Shown here: piece after piece, positions 26,639 to 38,479 of the stretch | How positions within the stretch are numbered: position 1 is the first letter of the stretch | How the letters are laid out: each line of letters begins with the position of its first letter | Assembly (NCBI GenBank): GCA_964016885.1 | Contig: OZ024741.1 | Coordinates: 77,004,001 to 77,068,000, forward strand | DNA length: 64,000 nucleotides | Direction of reading: 5' to 3' | Source of the DNA: Eledone cirrhosa | Lineage: Eukaryota | Translations under genes and position numbers: made by a program | Notes under the pieces: generated by a model | What the model saw: the letters and a program-made list of their open reading frames with translations, nothing else | Database searches by the model: none | What the model was told of the DNA's origin: nothing

Positions 26639-27691
26639 ATGTGTATATATATATGTGTATATGTATATATATATGTATATTGCAAGCAGGGAAAAGCGGA
26701 CATAAAATGATGATGATGATGTATATATGTATATTTGTTTTGTAAGGTTTTTGATATGAAATCGTGTGTTGAAACAAATATTGTTATATTTGGGGAGGGT
26801 CATATTGTTATAATATTGCCAGAAATAATAATAAAACACACTATTTGGTGTGTACAAAGGAGTCATGGTGAAATATAAGATCCTCATAGAGATGGACATG
26901 AAAGGGATTTGCCCATTGTACAGGAGCAAATCATGGAATAGCATAGATAGAACTAAACATAAGATAGGGAAAGTCACTTCCTGGCACGACAACCAGAGAT
27001 ACCAGAGTGTCATGTTCGTGGATGCGAAATTAGCTAACCAATTTAGAAAGGCCCTAAGAAAGACGCATCTAAAGATTAAAAGCCAGGAACTACCATAAAA
27101 TCCCTGCTCAGCAAAACCCCTTTAAGAAAACCCACTGTACTAATAAGAAATGTGTTATATGTAGAATAAATACACAAATAATTGTAAAACTAGAAATGTA
27201 GTCTATAGCATAAGATGTACAGGGGGTACTTGCAGAAACATGACAACGACATACATAGGTGAGACAGCTCAAAGCATAGGAGAGAGAATAGACCAACACT
27301 GCGGTGAACTAAAAGGACAAAAAGACAGTTCGGTACTATATGAACACAACAGACAAAGGCATGATGGTAATATAGACAACATAGAAATTAAAATAATATC
27401 TAAACATAGAAATGACTCAACAGGTAGACAAATCAGAGAAGCAACTGAAATAGAACTAAGAAAACCGAAGTTGAACAGAAAAAGTGAATGGAATAACAAC
27501 AACCATGCACAAACACACAATACTGACTTAAGATAAATATAAATAAATATACACAGGTACAATAACAACAACCACACATAAACACACACTTGTGAACAAA
27601 GATAGAATACAAATACACACACAGACTCAGACACGAATACACACCAAACAGAAAACACACACAGAAACACATGCGCAAACAGAGAGAAGAA

Positions 27692-27722
<31 letters not shown>

Positions 27723-27773
27723 AAATAAAAATGGTGTAGACATTACAATACAACGGGAAGAAACATAATAGTA

Positions 27774-27816
27774 CCACTGATGATGTCACAGGTGTGTGAT
27801 GAAAGAACTTTGATGG
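27774..27816 (+). ncRNA. Type I hammerhead motif
   Basis: cca-CTGATGA-t-gtcaca ggtg tgtgat-GAAA-gaac-TT-tgatgg; 6-bp stem II. Confidence 0.7.
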
Positions 27817-27822
27817 ACTATA

Positions 27823-29125
27823 CGAGGGGGGATCAAAAAGTTAGCGGAATTTTTCAGAAAATATTCTATTTTTCAAAAAATATGATTTGCCTTCAATTTA
27901 TTTTTCTACATAGTTGCCATCCAGGTCAATCCACTTGACAAGGCGATGCTTCCAGCTTCGTAAGTCGTCTCTAAAGAAAGTTGAAGGCCTTGTTCGAAGC
28001 CATGTGTTGGCAGTGTTTTTAGCTTCTTCAACACCGCTAAGACGGGTTCCTTTTAGCATTTCTTTGAGTTTTGGAAAGAGGAAAAAGTCTGATGGGGCTA
28101 AATCTGGACTATAAGGCGGATGAGGAAGCACTTCCCATCGAAATTCTCGAAGAACTTCTTTTGCAACCCATGCAGAATGCGCTGGTGCATTGTCATGGTG
28201 AAACAAGATCCCACCATGAAGTTTCCCTTTTCGTTTCTTGACTAATGCCTCTTTCAGCTTCCTTAAAACATTTGCATAGTAAGCTCCTGTCACAGTTCTT
28301 TGACCTTCAAGATAATCTATTAGTATCACCCCATCTGAATCCCAGAAAATGGTGGCCATCTCTTTTTGATCCGACTTTTGAGATTTGAACTTGATTGGCC
28401 CCGATGATCCACGTGGAAGCCACTGTTTTGACTGCTGTTTGGATTCAGGATTATACTGGTAGATCCAGGTTTCATCTCCGGTGATGATTCTGGTCAGGAA
28501 ATGCTCTTCATCAACTTCAATTTTGTTTAATATCGCCAAAGACAGATCACTTCAAAGAATCAGCTGATCAGGGCGCAACGCTTTTGGGACCCATCGCGCT
28601 GAAAGCTTGCTTAGTCCCAAATTATCGTGCAGAATTGAATTTGCCGAACCATATGAAATGTCTAGGGACTTAGCTAACTGATTAACTGTTATTCTTCGAT
28701 CTTCTTCAATTAAAGTCTGAGCAGCCTCAACATTTTGGTCATGTTTTGATGTTCCTAGTCTTCCACTGTGATGGTCGTCTTCAAGGTCGTCTCTCCCTTG
28801 TTTGAATCGCTGAATCCATTTGTAGACAGCAGTTTTCTTTGGGGCAGTAGTACTGTAAACTTTAACTAAAGCCTCCATAATCTGTGTCCCTTTCCATTTG
28901 AGTTTCACCAGAAACTTGATATTCGATCTTATCTCAAATTAACTATTTTCCATTGTTCCAAAAAGAGGTTTTTTAAAGACTGTACAATAGTCCACGCATA
29001 ACTGACTGCAAGTGATTAATAGCAAGGTAAAGACCCAGTGACAATGTTCTGACATGTTTAATATTGTTTTAATCTATTTTTTTCTTACTACGGTAAAATT
29101 CCGTGAACTTTTTGATCCCCTCTCG
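27823..29125 (-). mobile_element. Full-length mariner (DD34D), ~1.3 kb, TA target duplication
   Basis: TIRs cgaggggggatcaaaaagtt / aactttttgatcccctctcg flanked by TA. Confidence 0.95.
27898..28953 (-). pseudogene. Mariner transposase with an early stop and one frameshift (~28545)
   Basis: WVPKAL, TGDETW, HDNA and YSPDLAPSDF motifs. Confidence 0.9.
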
Positions 29126-29492
29126 TACATATATATATTTATATCTATATTTTTAACCGTTGGTCAAACAATGATAAACATTGATTGATAGCTAAATTAA
29201 CTAAAGGAATATAAAATATACAGAAGCGAAAACCAATCCAAACCAAACAGTTAGTGTGTTTTATTATTATTTCAGGCAATATTATAACAATATGACCCTC
29301 CCCAAATATAACAATATATATATATGTATATATGTGTATATGTGTGTGTGTGTATATAATATATATATATATATATATGTGCGTGTGTATGTGTGTGTGT
29401 GTATATATGTGTGTATATATGTATATATATATGTATATATGTGTATATATATGTATATATATGTATATATGTGTATATATGTATGTATATAT

Positions 29493-29708
29493 GTGTGACT
29501 GAGTGGTTAGAGAATTGGATTCGCAATCGTAAGGTTGTGAGTTCGATTCCTGGACCAGGCGATGCGTTATGTCCTTGAGCAAGACACTTTATTTCACGTT
29601 GCTCCTTCTACCTGGAGTTGCGACCGATAGATAGTATTAGCAATTGGAAAGACCAACGGAAACATTGTTCCCTCGGTCCGATTTGACGAAAGTCGATCGT
29701 TCCTTTAA
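29493..29708 (+). mobile_element. tRNA-derived SINE family 2; near-identical copy at 60688-60908 (-)
   Basis: gagtggttag...gagttcgattcc boxes and CORE-like tccttgagcaagacacttt, with a different 3' end from family 1. Confidence 0.85.
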
Positions 29709-29878
29709 TATGTGTATATATATATGTATATATGTGTATATATGTGTATATATATATGTATATATGTGTATATATATGTGTATATATATGTATATATGTG
29801 TATATATATGTATATATGTGTATATATATATATGTATATATGTGTATATATATGTATGTATATATGTGTATATATATG

Positions 29879-29925
<47 letters not shown>

Positions 29926-29937
29926 ATATATATATAT

Positions 29938-31030
29938 CATCATCATCATCATCAACGTTTAACGTCTGTGTTCCACGCTTGCATGGGTTTGGACGGGGGT
30001 ATTCCCACTTGAGGCAAGAGTGATTGTCTTGCTCGCATAGGACTGTCTGGCAGGTTTTCTACAGTTGGATGCCCTTCCTAACACCAACCACATTTACAGT
30101 GTGGGACTGGGAGCTTTTTACCGTGTTGCCTACACGGCCACATTACAGCGTGGACATATGTATATGTATATATATGTATATATATGTATATATGTGTATA
30201 TATGTATATATATATATGTATATATGTGCCTAAGTACAAAGCGAAACCTACAGTCAGTAGGCACCTCTTAACCAAAATACACCCCCGTCCCACTACCCCT
30301 ACCCCTACCGCCATCTACACCACCCCTTTCGATGTAAAGCTATGTTGGTACCACAACATCCAGTCCTAAATAAATGAGGTCGTGTAGATGTCACGATAAA
30401 AAAAACACACAGTCCACGCTGTAAAGTGGCCGTGTAGGTAACACGGTAAAAACCTCCCAGTCCACACTGTAAACGTGGTTGGTGTTAGGAAGGGCATCCA
30501 GCCGTAGAAAACTCACCAGACAGTCCTGAGAAAGACAACCAATCTTCCCGTCCAGACCCATGCTAGCGTGGAAGGTGGACGTTAAACGATGATGATGTAT
30601 ATATATATGTATATATATGTATATATGTATATATATATATGTATATATGTATATATATATATGTATATATGTGTATATATATCATCATCATTTCATCATT
30701 TCATTTTTACGTCCGCTTTTTCCCTGCTTGCAAGGGTGGGACGGGAACTGATTCTGGCTTGATTTCTACAGCTGGATGCCCTTCCTAACACCAACCTCAT
30801 TTACAGTGAGTGCTGGGTGCTTTTTTGCCGTGGCACCTGCACGACCACTTTGCAGTGGAATGATAGGGACCCCAGTCCCTATCATCTCATTTCTACAGCT
30901 GAGTAAACTGGAGCAATCTGAAATAAAGTGTCTTGCTCAAGGAAACAACACATCACCCGGTCTGAGAATTGAACTCACAACCTTTCGATTGCAAGGCCAA
31001 TGCTCTAACCACTAAGCCATGTGCCTCCAT
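29938..31030. mobile_element. Cluster: RTE 3' tail (-) 29938-30155, RTE 3' UTR (+) 30228-30598, SINE family 1 (-) 30681-31030
   Basis: Identity to the copy A/B 3' UTR and to the SINE at 1500; pieces separated by (TA/TG)n. Confidence 0.85.
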
Positions 31031-31114
31031 CATATATGTATATATATATGTATATATATATGTATATATATATATGTATATATGTATATATATATGTATA
31101 TATATATGTATATA

Positions 31115-31163
<49 letters not shown>

Positions 31164-31286
31164 GTGTGTATAATGTATATATATGTATGTATATGTGTGT
31201 ATAATGTATATATATGTATGTATATGTGTGTATAATGTATATATATGTATGTATATGTGTGTATAATGCATATATATATATATGTA

Positions 31287-31373
<87 letters not shown>

Positions 31374-32076
31374 GGTAACAAATTATTGTTATAGGTAGTC
31401 CACTTAAGTGTAGTTCAGTTATGGTATTCCGGGTAGTGGATGATACCAACGCTTGGCTAAGTTTGACTCAACAAGGCGTTTCCATAGTGAAGTTGCGAGT
31501 ACGCTGTAATTCCTATGTTGTAAACACTTGGAGTAATGATAAATCAGGAAATAAATACAAAAAAAATACAAAAAAACAAATGAATCCACACTCACCAGCA
31601 TTAACGTGGAGGGCCTTAGGATAGTAAATAAACTCGGAATACCTGATAGGACCGAGCCTCTAACCCCATGAAACCCCACATTTAACCTGAAGGATCACTA
31701 AAATAATTTTGAAACAAACCCTACTATTAGATTAATATCTAAGTCAGATATAGGTAATATTAGCAAGAACATTCTAGATAGGGTAATCGCACAAATAAAG
31801 GGTAAACTAGAAATCAATTTATGGGGTAACACTAACGAGGCGATTGAATGGTTCAATAAAATACGAAATAGGGAGACATGTAACTTCATACAATTTGATA
31901 TAAACAACTACTATGCATCCATATCCCCAGCAACCCTTGATAAAGCGCTTATATAAAATAACTCCGATCTTACCCCTGAGGAAATTGAAATAATAATAGC
32001 AGCTAGAAGGACTATCATAAAATTTGAAAATAGCTACTGGGTAAGAAGAGATAGGATAAACAGCTTCGATATCACA

Positions 32077-33519
32077 ATGGGATCAAAAGACTCTGCGCAA
32101 ATCACTGACGTCGTGGGGCTATTTATAGCACACAGCCTACATAAGGAATTCAGTAACCTCCAAGAATGGATTTATAGAGACGACACGCTCCTTATAGCTA
32201 GGAACTTAAACAACCAGAGCATGGAAAGATTAAGAAAAAACATTAGAACATTCTTCAAAAAACTAGGCCTAAGTATTACCTATGAACTGAACCATAAGAA
32301 GGTAAACTTTCTAGATGTGACTCTAAATCTAAATACAGGATTAATAGAACCTTTCCACAAAAATAATGAGAATCTGGCCTACATTAGTTATAACTCAAAC
32401 CACCCCAAATCCATAATCAGATCCATAGCACGTAGTATATCCCTTAGAATATCCCGCTTATCCTCAAACCTAGAAATTTTCAATGAACATGCTAACTATT
32501 ATAACGCAGCATTACATAGGGCTAGACATAAAGATAAACTGCAGTATATAGCGAATAAAGACAACTTAAACAAACCTAATAGCAATTACACCAACCGCTC
32601 ACACAAAAATAGAGGTAACAGGACTAGACATAGAGTTAGGCATGTAGCACCTAGAGTAAGCGGTCCAAACACCAATAATGTAAACCCTAGAAACAATAGA
32701 AGAATCAGAGAAAGAAAATACCTATGGTTCAACCCAATCTTCAACTCCTCTGTAAAAACTAGACTGCCTTCTACATTCTTTAAACTCATAGATAAACACT
32801 TCCCTATTTCACACAGATATCATAAAATACTCAATAGAAAAACTATAAAACTCTCATACTCTACGGCAGCAAATATAGAATCGCACATACGCAAGATCAA
32901 CCACAGAAATACCTCTAGGGAATCCGCCCCACCTATGCGCAACATAGCACCAAATTATAAACATAAACATATCACAGTATCACAAGCGCATACAAGCACG
33001 CAGCAGCAAAACCCCAACGGGCATGAATCACAACCCACTTATAGCAGTGTACAAAACAGCAGTGTGGAAGCTGCACGGAATAACACCTCAAACTGTAACT
33101 GTCACCTACCGGATAGATGCCCATTGGCGAATAGATGCCTTGATTCGAGCCTAGTGTACATGTGTACGGTCAACTCAGACAACTCCACTTGGCATTACAT
33201 TGGATCCACCGTGGGTACTTTTAAAAAAAGATGGTATGTGCACAGACACTTGATGAAAAATCGTGCACTTATGGGTTCTACAACCCTCACCAAAAAAATC
33301 TGGCAACTTAAGGACAATAACACCAACTACAGTATCAACTGGTCGAGGTTGTCGGCCGCAAAGACCTACAGTACCAGTATGTCCCACTGTAGGCTCTGTG
33401 ATCTAGAATTACTATATATCCTTAGAAATGTAAAAAGGCTACTTAACAACAAGTTAGAAAGATCTATCTTCTGCAGACACAGGATCGCCACTAAATTCAC
33501 AAGATTTAAACCTCCGTGA
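32077..33519 (+). CDS. PLE RT C-terminal half + GIY-YIG endonuclease (open 480 aa; upstream RT disrupted)
   Basis: ORF track plus the RT and GIY-YIG motifs of the surrounding element. Confidence 0.75.
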   Translation: MGSKDSAQITDVVGLFIAHSLHKEFSNLQEWIYRDDTLLIARNLNNQSMERLRKNIRTFFKKLGLSITYELNHKKVNFLDVTLNLNTGLIEPFHKNNENLAYISYNSNHPKSIIRSIARSISLRISRLSSNLEIFNEHANYYNAALHRARHKDKLQYIANKDNLNKPNSNYTNRSHKNRGNRTRHRVRHVAPRVSGPNTNNVNPRNNRRIRERKYLWFNPIFNSSVKTRLPSTFFKLIDKHFPISHRYHKILNRKTIKLSYSTAANIESHIRKINHRNTSRESAPPMRNIAPNYKHKHITVSQAHTSTQQQNPNGHESQPTYSSVQNSSVEAARNNTSNCNCHLPDRCPLANRCLDSSLVYMCTVNSDNSTWHYIGSTVGTFKKRWYVHRHLMKNRALMGSTTLTKKIWQLKDNNTNYSINWSRLSAAKTYSTSMSHCRLCDLELLYILRNVKRLLNNKLERSIFCRHRIATKFTRFKPP

Positions 33520-33781
33520 ATCGAACCAACGTAACTTAGCTTTCAACTTAGGATACCCACTATACTGCACAAACCACCACAGAAATGTAATCATTAAGTA
33601 CATTCTAGCCTTCTTAGTTCTATACCACACTGTCTGTAAGTACCTTAACAACCCATAAATATATCTCTTCTCAGCTGCAGTCAACACATGAACCTAAATC
33701 CAAGAACATTTCAAAATACTACTACAGCGGAACTTTACCTTCCTACTGTTATAATTGTAGTCAGCATGTTTTCTCTTTATA

Positions 33782-33838
<57 letters not shown>

Positions 33839-34310
33839 GTATATATATTGCCTCCTTAACCTCTGCATTAACTTGCCTATTATATTGCTACTCTTGTTAA
33901 TGTTGTCTTATACATGTATGTTATTGATGATGAGAAAGCTAGACAACCCTTCCATCTAATATAGACCACACAAATATTACTATCCTCACTACAGTGATAA
34001 ATTCTTCATCTGTCAGATAATAAATGATTCTTACAGCCACCAGACCTACATTGTTTAAAGCCACCGGCTTATCTTTACACTATATATAATACACCCCATG
34101 ACAGCTTTTACATGTCAATTTTATACATCTACCTCATGTCAGCTAGTTTTAGACGCTAAAATCGTAGATATACTATACTTCCAACCTAGATTGATGTTGT
34201 GATTATTTCAAATAATTTATTGCTAGCATTGTTAGTATTGTTGTTATTGTTCTGATTGAATGCCATTACTACTATATATATAGTAGCCATGCCTGTATAT
34301 TCCTTTCATT

Positions 34311-34429
34311 CTCACAAGCTCCGATGAATTGACTGGTTATAACTTTGTATTGGTGATCGAATAACGTGAAAACAAGCAGGTAGCGATCTCTAGACCTACC
34401 AGTTCAGAGAAACAATTGTCAGCAATGAG
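34311..34429 (+). ncRNA. Type I hammerhead motif with long stem II insertion
   Basis: gct-CCGATGA-..actggt(~60 nt)accagt..-GAAA-caattg-TC-agc; palindromic stem III ACAATTGT. Confidence 0.65.
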
Positions 34430-34473
34430 ATTAAAAACCTTTTTTGTATAGCAAACCATGTCACTCTTCTTTC

Positions 34474-34510
<37 letters not shown>

Positions 34511-34790
34511 ATATATCTATATGTGTATATATCTATATATATATATTGAATTGAGTTTGAATTATTTTTCCCACATCTTACGTTAACTATTTTCCCATTT
34601 TGACGCTATAGTCACTTATATATTATGGAATACTGTTGGCTTCTTGCCACAATAATTTCTATACTTTTCATTTATATATATATATATGCCTGAATATTTG
34701 TCTATATGTTTTTGCGAGGTTAAATATTTTTGTCATATAATTACCATGATAACATAACTACTCTTTCCTCTCTCTCTTTCTCTTATTTAG

Positions 34791-34914
34791 CTATGCTCGT
34801 CTTTTGGTGCACCATCCATATGCAATACTGTTCATAATAACTGCACTTGGTATTGCAGTTTTACTGATCTCTTGTTTTCTCAGTAAAGGTTTTGACTTTG
34901 AGGAACCTCAAGCT
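34791..34914 (+). CDS. disp: Dispatched exon (TM1)
   Basis: Polypyrimidine-tttag acceptor, YARLLVHHPYAILFIITALGIAVLLISCFLSKGFDFEEPQA, gtgagt donor in phase 0. Confidence 0.88.
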
Positions 34915-35710
34915 GTGAGTACTTCCCCTCAAACATTCTGTGTGTATGGGTGTGCATGACTTCATATGTTTGTATGTGTTTGATTAGATGTTTGTATATA
35001 TGTTTAGTAAAATGTTTCCATGAGTGTAAGGTTAAATATTTTTTCTTGTTTGTTTGTGTGTGTGTTTCATTAAACATGTGTATTATATGTGCTTGCTTGT
35101 ACATACATGTATATATGTAGCTAAACTCTTGTGAGTCTATAGTTAATTGTTGGTGTTTGTGTATTCAAGCAAGTGTGTTTCATGACATAAAAGTTTGTGC
35201 ATTTTTCGTGGTGGTTGTTGTTGTAGTTGCTGTTTAGCTCCAGGTGAGCTCTGATTATATAAAATATCTTGGATGACATGAGCCAGTGTGTCCTTTCTTT
35301 TTTATCATAGTAGGGTGTGATTTGATTATTTTTAGCAGGTGAATGATCACATATTTGCAAATTTGTTATTGAAATGTAAGAAAAACGTTTTAAAAACGGA
35401 TTAAGTATAGTTTGTTTGGTTGATTTCTGTATATTACTGGTACTTATGAGGGAACCTCTATGTGATCATTGAGCCTGCTAGAAATAGCAGTCAAATCTTC
35501 AAATTACACTCCACTATTAAACAAAATGGAAATATACATAGGATTATGTAGCTCTCTCTCTGGAGAGGGGGGGGGGCAACATTTGGTACTTATTCAAAAA
35601 CCCTTTTTTTTTAAAATTATAAAAAGTTTTGTTTTATATATTTTTAAATTTAATTTATTTGTTTATTTATTTTTCTGATTTTCACTACCTCTATCTTCTT
35701 CATTGATCAG

Positions 35711-36122
35711 GGATTTGAAGCTCGAGGGACAGAAATAAGCAATAGAGCCATAGCCTTTAAGAATTTACAGGATGCCAGGATGAAATCACTGTCTTTGGTG
35801 GCTTCCATAGACAGAAATAGATTCAGGTATGATGAAGAGAACACTACTTCAAGTATGACAAAGAGCATGGCCAAAAAACGCAAGAAGAATGATGAAAGAG
35901 TGAAGAAAAAGAAGTTGAAGAAGAAAAAGAAGAGAAAATGGAAGGAAGGAAAAAACATGACAATCAGCAACAACAATAACAATAAGAAAAATAAAATAAA
36001 TAAAAATAAAAGCAAAAACAAGAAGACAAGGCTGAAAAAGGACAAGAAGAAGAAGAGAAGGAAATATAAGATACACCAACAGCTTAAGAATGCTACTGCT
36101 GGTTACTTCTGTACTGATCTTG
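35711..36122 (+). CDS. disp: Dispatched exon (start of ECD1, Lys-rich loop)
   Basis: cag|GFEARGTEISNR (DISP GFEPRGT motif) ... YFCTDL g|gtaagt in phase 1. Confidence 0.9.
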
Positions 36123-36476
36123 GTAAGTTACACACCCATGGATGGTGGAGGGAGGGGGAATGTTACTTTGGGGATGACCTTCATAAATTACACACCTATT
36201 GTGAAGGGTTAGCTTCGAGCTTTGACATAGTTTACTTTACCTATCAAATGTAGGAGCCTAATTTCCATACATTAATGTGGTAGACCTAATCTGTTGCCTG
36301 GTTTAATATTACAGCCTGGTCCATAGTGGCAATTTGACAGAATCATTAGAGTGTAATGTAAAATGCCTTTATTATTTGTTCTGGCGCATCACACACTGAA
36401 GTTCTCTCTGTTGTCTCACCCTTAATAAGTGAATCTACTTCTAGTGAAGTTCTCTCTGTTTTCCCACTCTGCTTTA

Positions 36477-36742
36477 CCCTTTAGCATTTACATTACTCTA
36501 TATATACTATTATATTTTCATGGTAAACACTTTATCTTACATAATTATCTTACACAATATTGAATCTATGAGATTTTGATATTTATTTTGAGAAAAACTA
36601 AAAAAAAAATCAAAGGTGGTCATTACATAAAGAAATTGCTGATCCTTACTGATGTTAAGTATGAGCAGCTGGTTACAATCAGTTTGGACAGAAAGAGGTG
36701 AGAGAATTCTGGCCGGATATGGCCGGTTTAAATGCTAAAGAG
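36477..36742. mobile_element. piggyBac-type MITE; second copy at 41628-41843
   Basis: ccctttagSattta ... taaatgctaaagRg termini; second copy flanked by TTAA on both sides. Confidence 0.75.
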
Positions 36743-37174
36743 TTAAGTAGTATATCAGTTTTTAGTGGAGTCCTCTCTGTAGGAATTACTTTGACAACAA
36801 ATTCTAGAGTTTGAGGGAGAATAATTTGATATCTTGATATGCCATTTCCTATTACAGCAACCCATAATCTATGCTCCTCCCACCTCATCTATGTGCCTTA
36901 AAGGATCTTCAAATATGAAGGACACTATCTGTGTTCTGACTAATCCATGAAAACAATAACAACCAAACAACTTCACATATTCACATGTTCACATTTTAAG
37001 TCAAGGACCAGCAATTTCTTTTTGTAATGACCACCTTTTGATTTTTTTTTAGTTTTTCCACAGTCCACATGTATATTATATCCTATCTTACATATAAATA
37101 TTTGAAAAAGTTCAAGACACCTTGTTCTAAAAGATATGACAAAAAAAAAGAAAGAAATATATATGCAGGCCATT

Positions 37175-37530
37175 ATCCTTGTAAACCTCCACCATTTCCA
37201 TTAGCCCTGTAACCTTTCACCTCCCATTAGTCCTGTACCCTCCCTCCAATAGCCTTGTAACCCTCTACTTCCTCCTTTAGCCCTGTAACTCTCGAGTCCT
37301 CATTAACCCTGTAATCCTCCCCTCACATTAGCCCTGTAACCCTCCACTCCTCGTTAGCCTTGTAAGCCCTGTAACCTTCCCCTATTAGTCTTGTATTAGT
37401 CTTATAACTCTCTACTCCCTGTAACCCACCCCTCACATTAGCCCTGTAACCCTCCACTCCCTATTAGCCCTATAACACTCCATCCCATTAGTCATGTAAA
37501 CCTGCCCCATCAATCCTGTAACCCTCCTCT
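37175..37530. repeat. Minisatellite, ~22-25 bp unit (cattagccctgtaaccctccactcc)
   Basis: Over a dozen degenerate tandem units. Confidence 0.85.
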
Positions 37531-38479
37531 TTCGGTATCTGTCTGTAAAATTCACTCACAATAGGTTTTAGTAGAAGAGTCATAATCACCATCATCATTT
37601 TTTAGATCAACGTATCCATATTGGCATGAGTTGGACAGGATTTTTGAGGCAATGTTTTACAGCAGGATGTCCTTGCTACTAACCCTTTTAGTTGCTTCTT
37701 ATGACATGCTTGAAGCTATAGTAGAAGACAGGGGAAGCCTGAAGTAGGACAATGTGCTCATAGCGCATGTGAAAACTTATAGTAAAACCTTATTGAAGCT
37801 TCTATATAGTGATTTAATCTGCTAGAAATATCAGCTCTCTTTTAAATCACATCTTTGTCTTATAAAAAGAAGGATACATTGGATAATATACTCCTAGACA
37901 TATACTTTAATAAAAAAAAATTGGGATGGTTACAACTGGAACTATTGATTATAGGTCTCATGTTTGATCAGTGCTGACATGAGGCTAAACTCATCCTTAC
38001 TGGTGGGATTACATCAAAACTGATGATTGATTCATGAAATATATAACCCTCTTTTGCACGCCCATCTTACTTCTCCTCCTACCTCTTATCCACTTTGTGG
38101 GTGCAGGCATGGCTGGGTGGTTAAGAAGTTTGCTTCACAAATACATGGTTTTGGGTTTGGTGTCAGTGTGTGTGTCACCATGGGCAAATATGTCTTCTAA
38201 CAAAGCTTTGTGAGTGAAATATAGCCAACTAAACTGTGGAAGCCCATTGAAGGGATTGTTCCTGTTCTTAGTTGCTAGATTTAATCTGTTGTCCAGGTCA
38301 ACAGAATCATCTGGTCCATGGGTGCGTTTAGTGAAGGCCCTTTCCTCCTCTGACTAAGCTGTTAAAAAGTCGTGGATTTTAGAAAATATGTTGTTTAACT
38401 ATTTTTTAAAATCCAATTCTACCAAAATCTAAATTATAATTTTATTAATACTTTTCCTCCTTATACTTTATTATTTCAG

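Larger units (their letters stand above)
26778..29317 (+). mobile_element. 5'-truncated Penelope-like element with inverted terminal segment, interrupted by a mariner
   Basis: GIY-YIG TYIGETAQSIGERIDQH...RQIREA...PKLNRKSE; 26778-26849 is the inverse of 29252-29317. Confidence 0.8.
31560..34477 (+). mobile_element. Penelope-like element, Naiad-like
   Basis: FIQFDINNYYASI, MGSKDSAQITD, IYRDD, FLDVTLNL, CNC..CPL..CL linker, GIY-YIG LVYMCTV..HYIGST..FKKR, C-terminal CRLC..E..LLN..CRH. Confidence 0.88.

Noticed and set aside
29493-29560. tRNA-Ala-like sequences (also at 1500, 50815 and 60840)
   Set aside because: A/B boxes run straight into SINE core and tail; no proper acceptor stem, so these are SINE heads rather than tRNA genes
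33085-33519. Selenocysteine recoding as described for some Naiad PLEs
   Set aside because: Conserved Cys positions here and at ~51265 and 56205-56525 use TGT/TGC, with no in-frame TGA
36123-36253. C-terminal part of ORF 35780-36253
   Set aside because: Read-through past the gtaagt donor at 36123; homology continues instead at 38480
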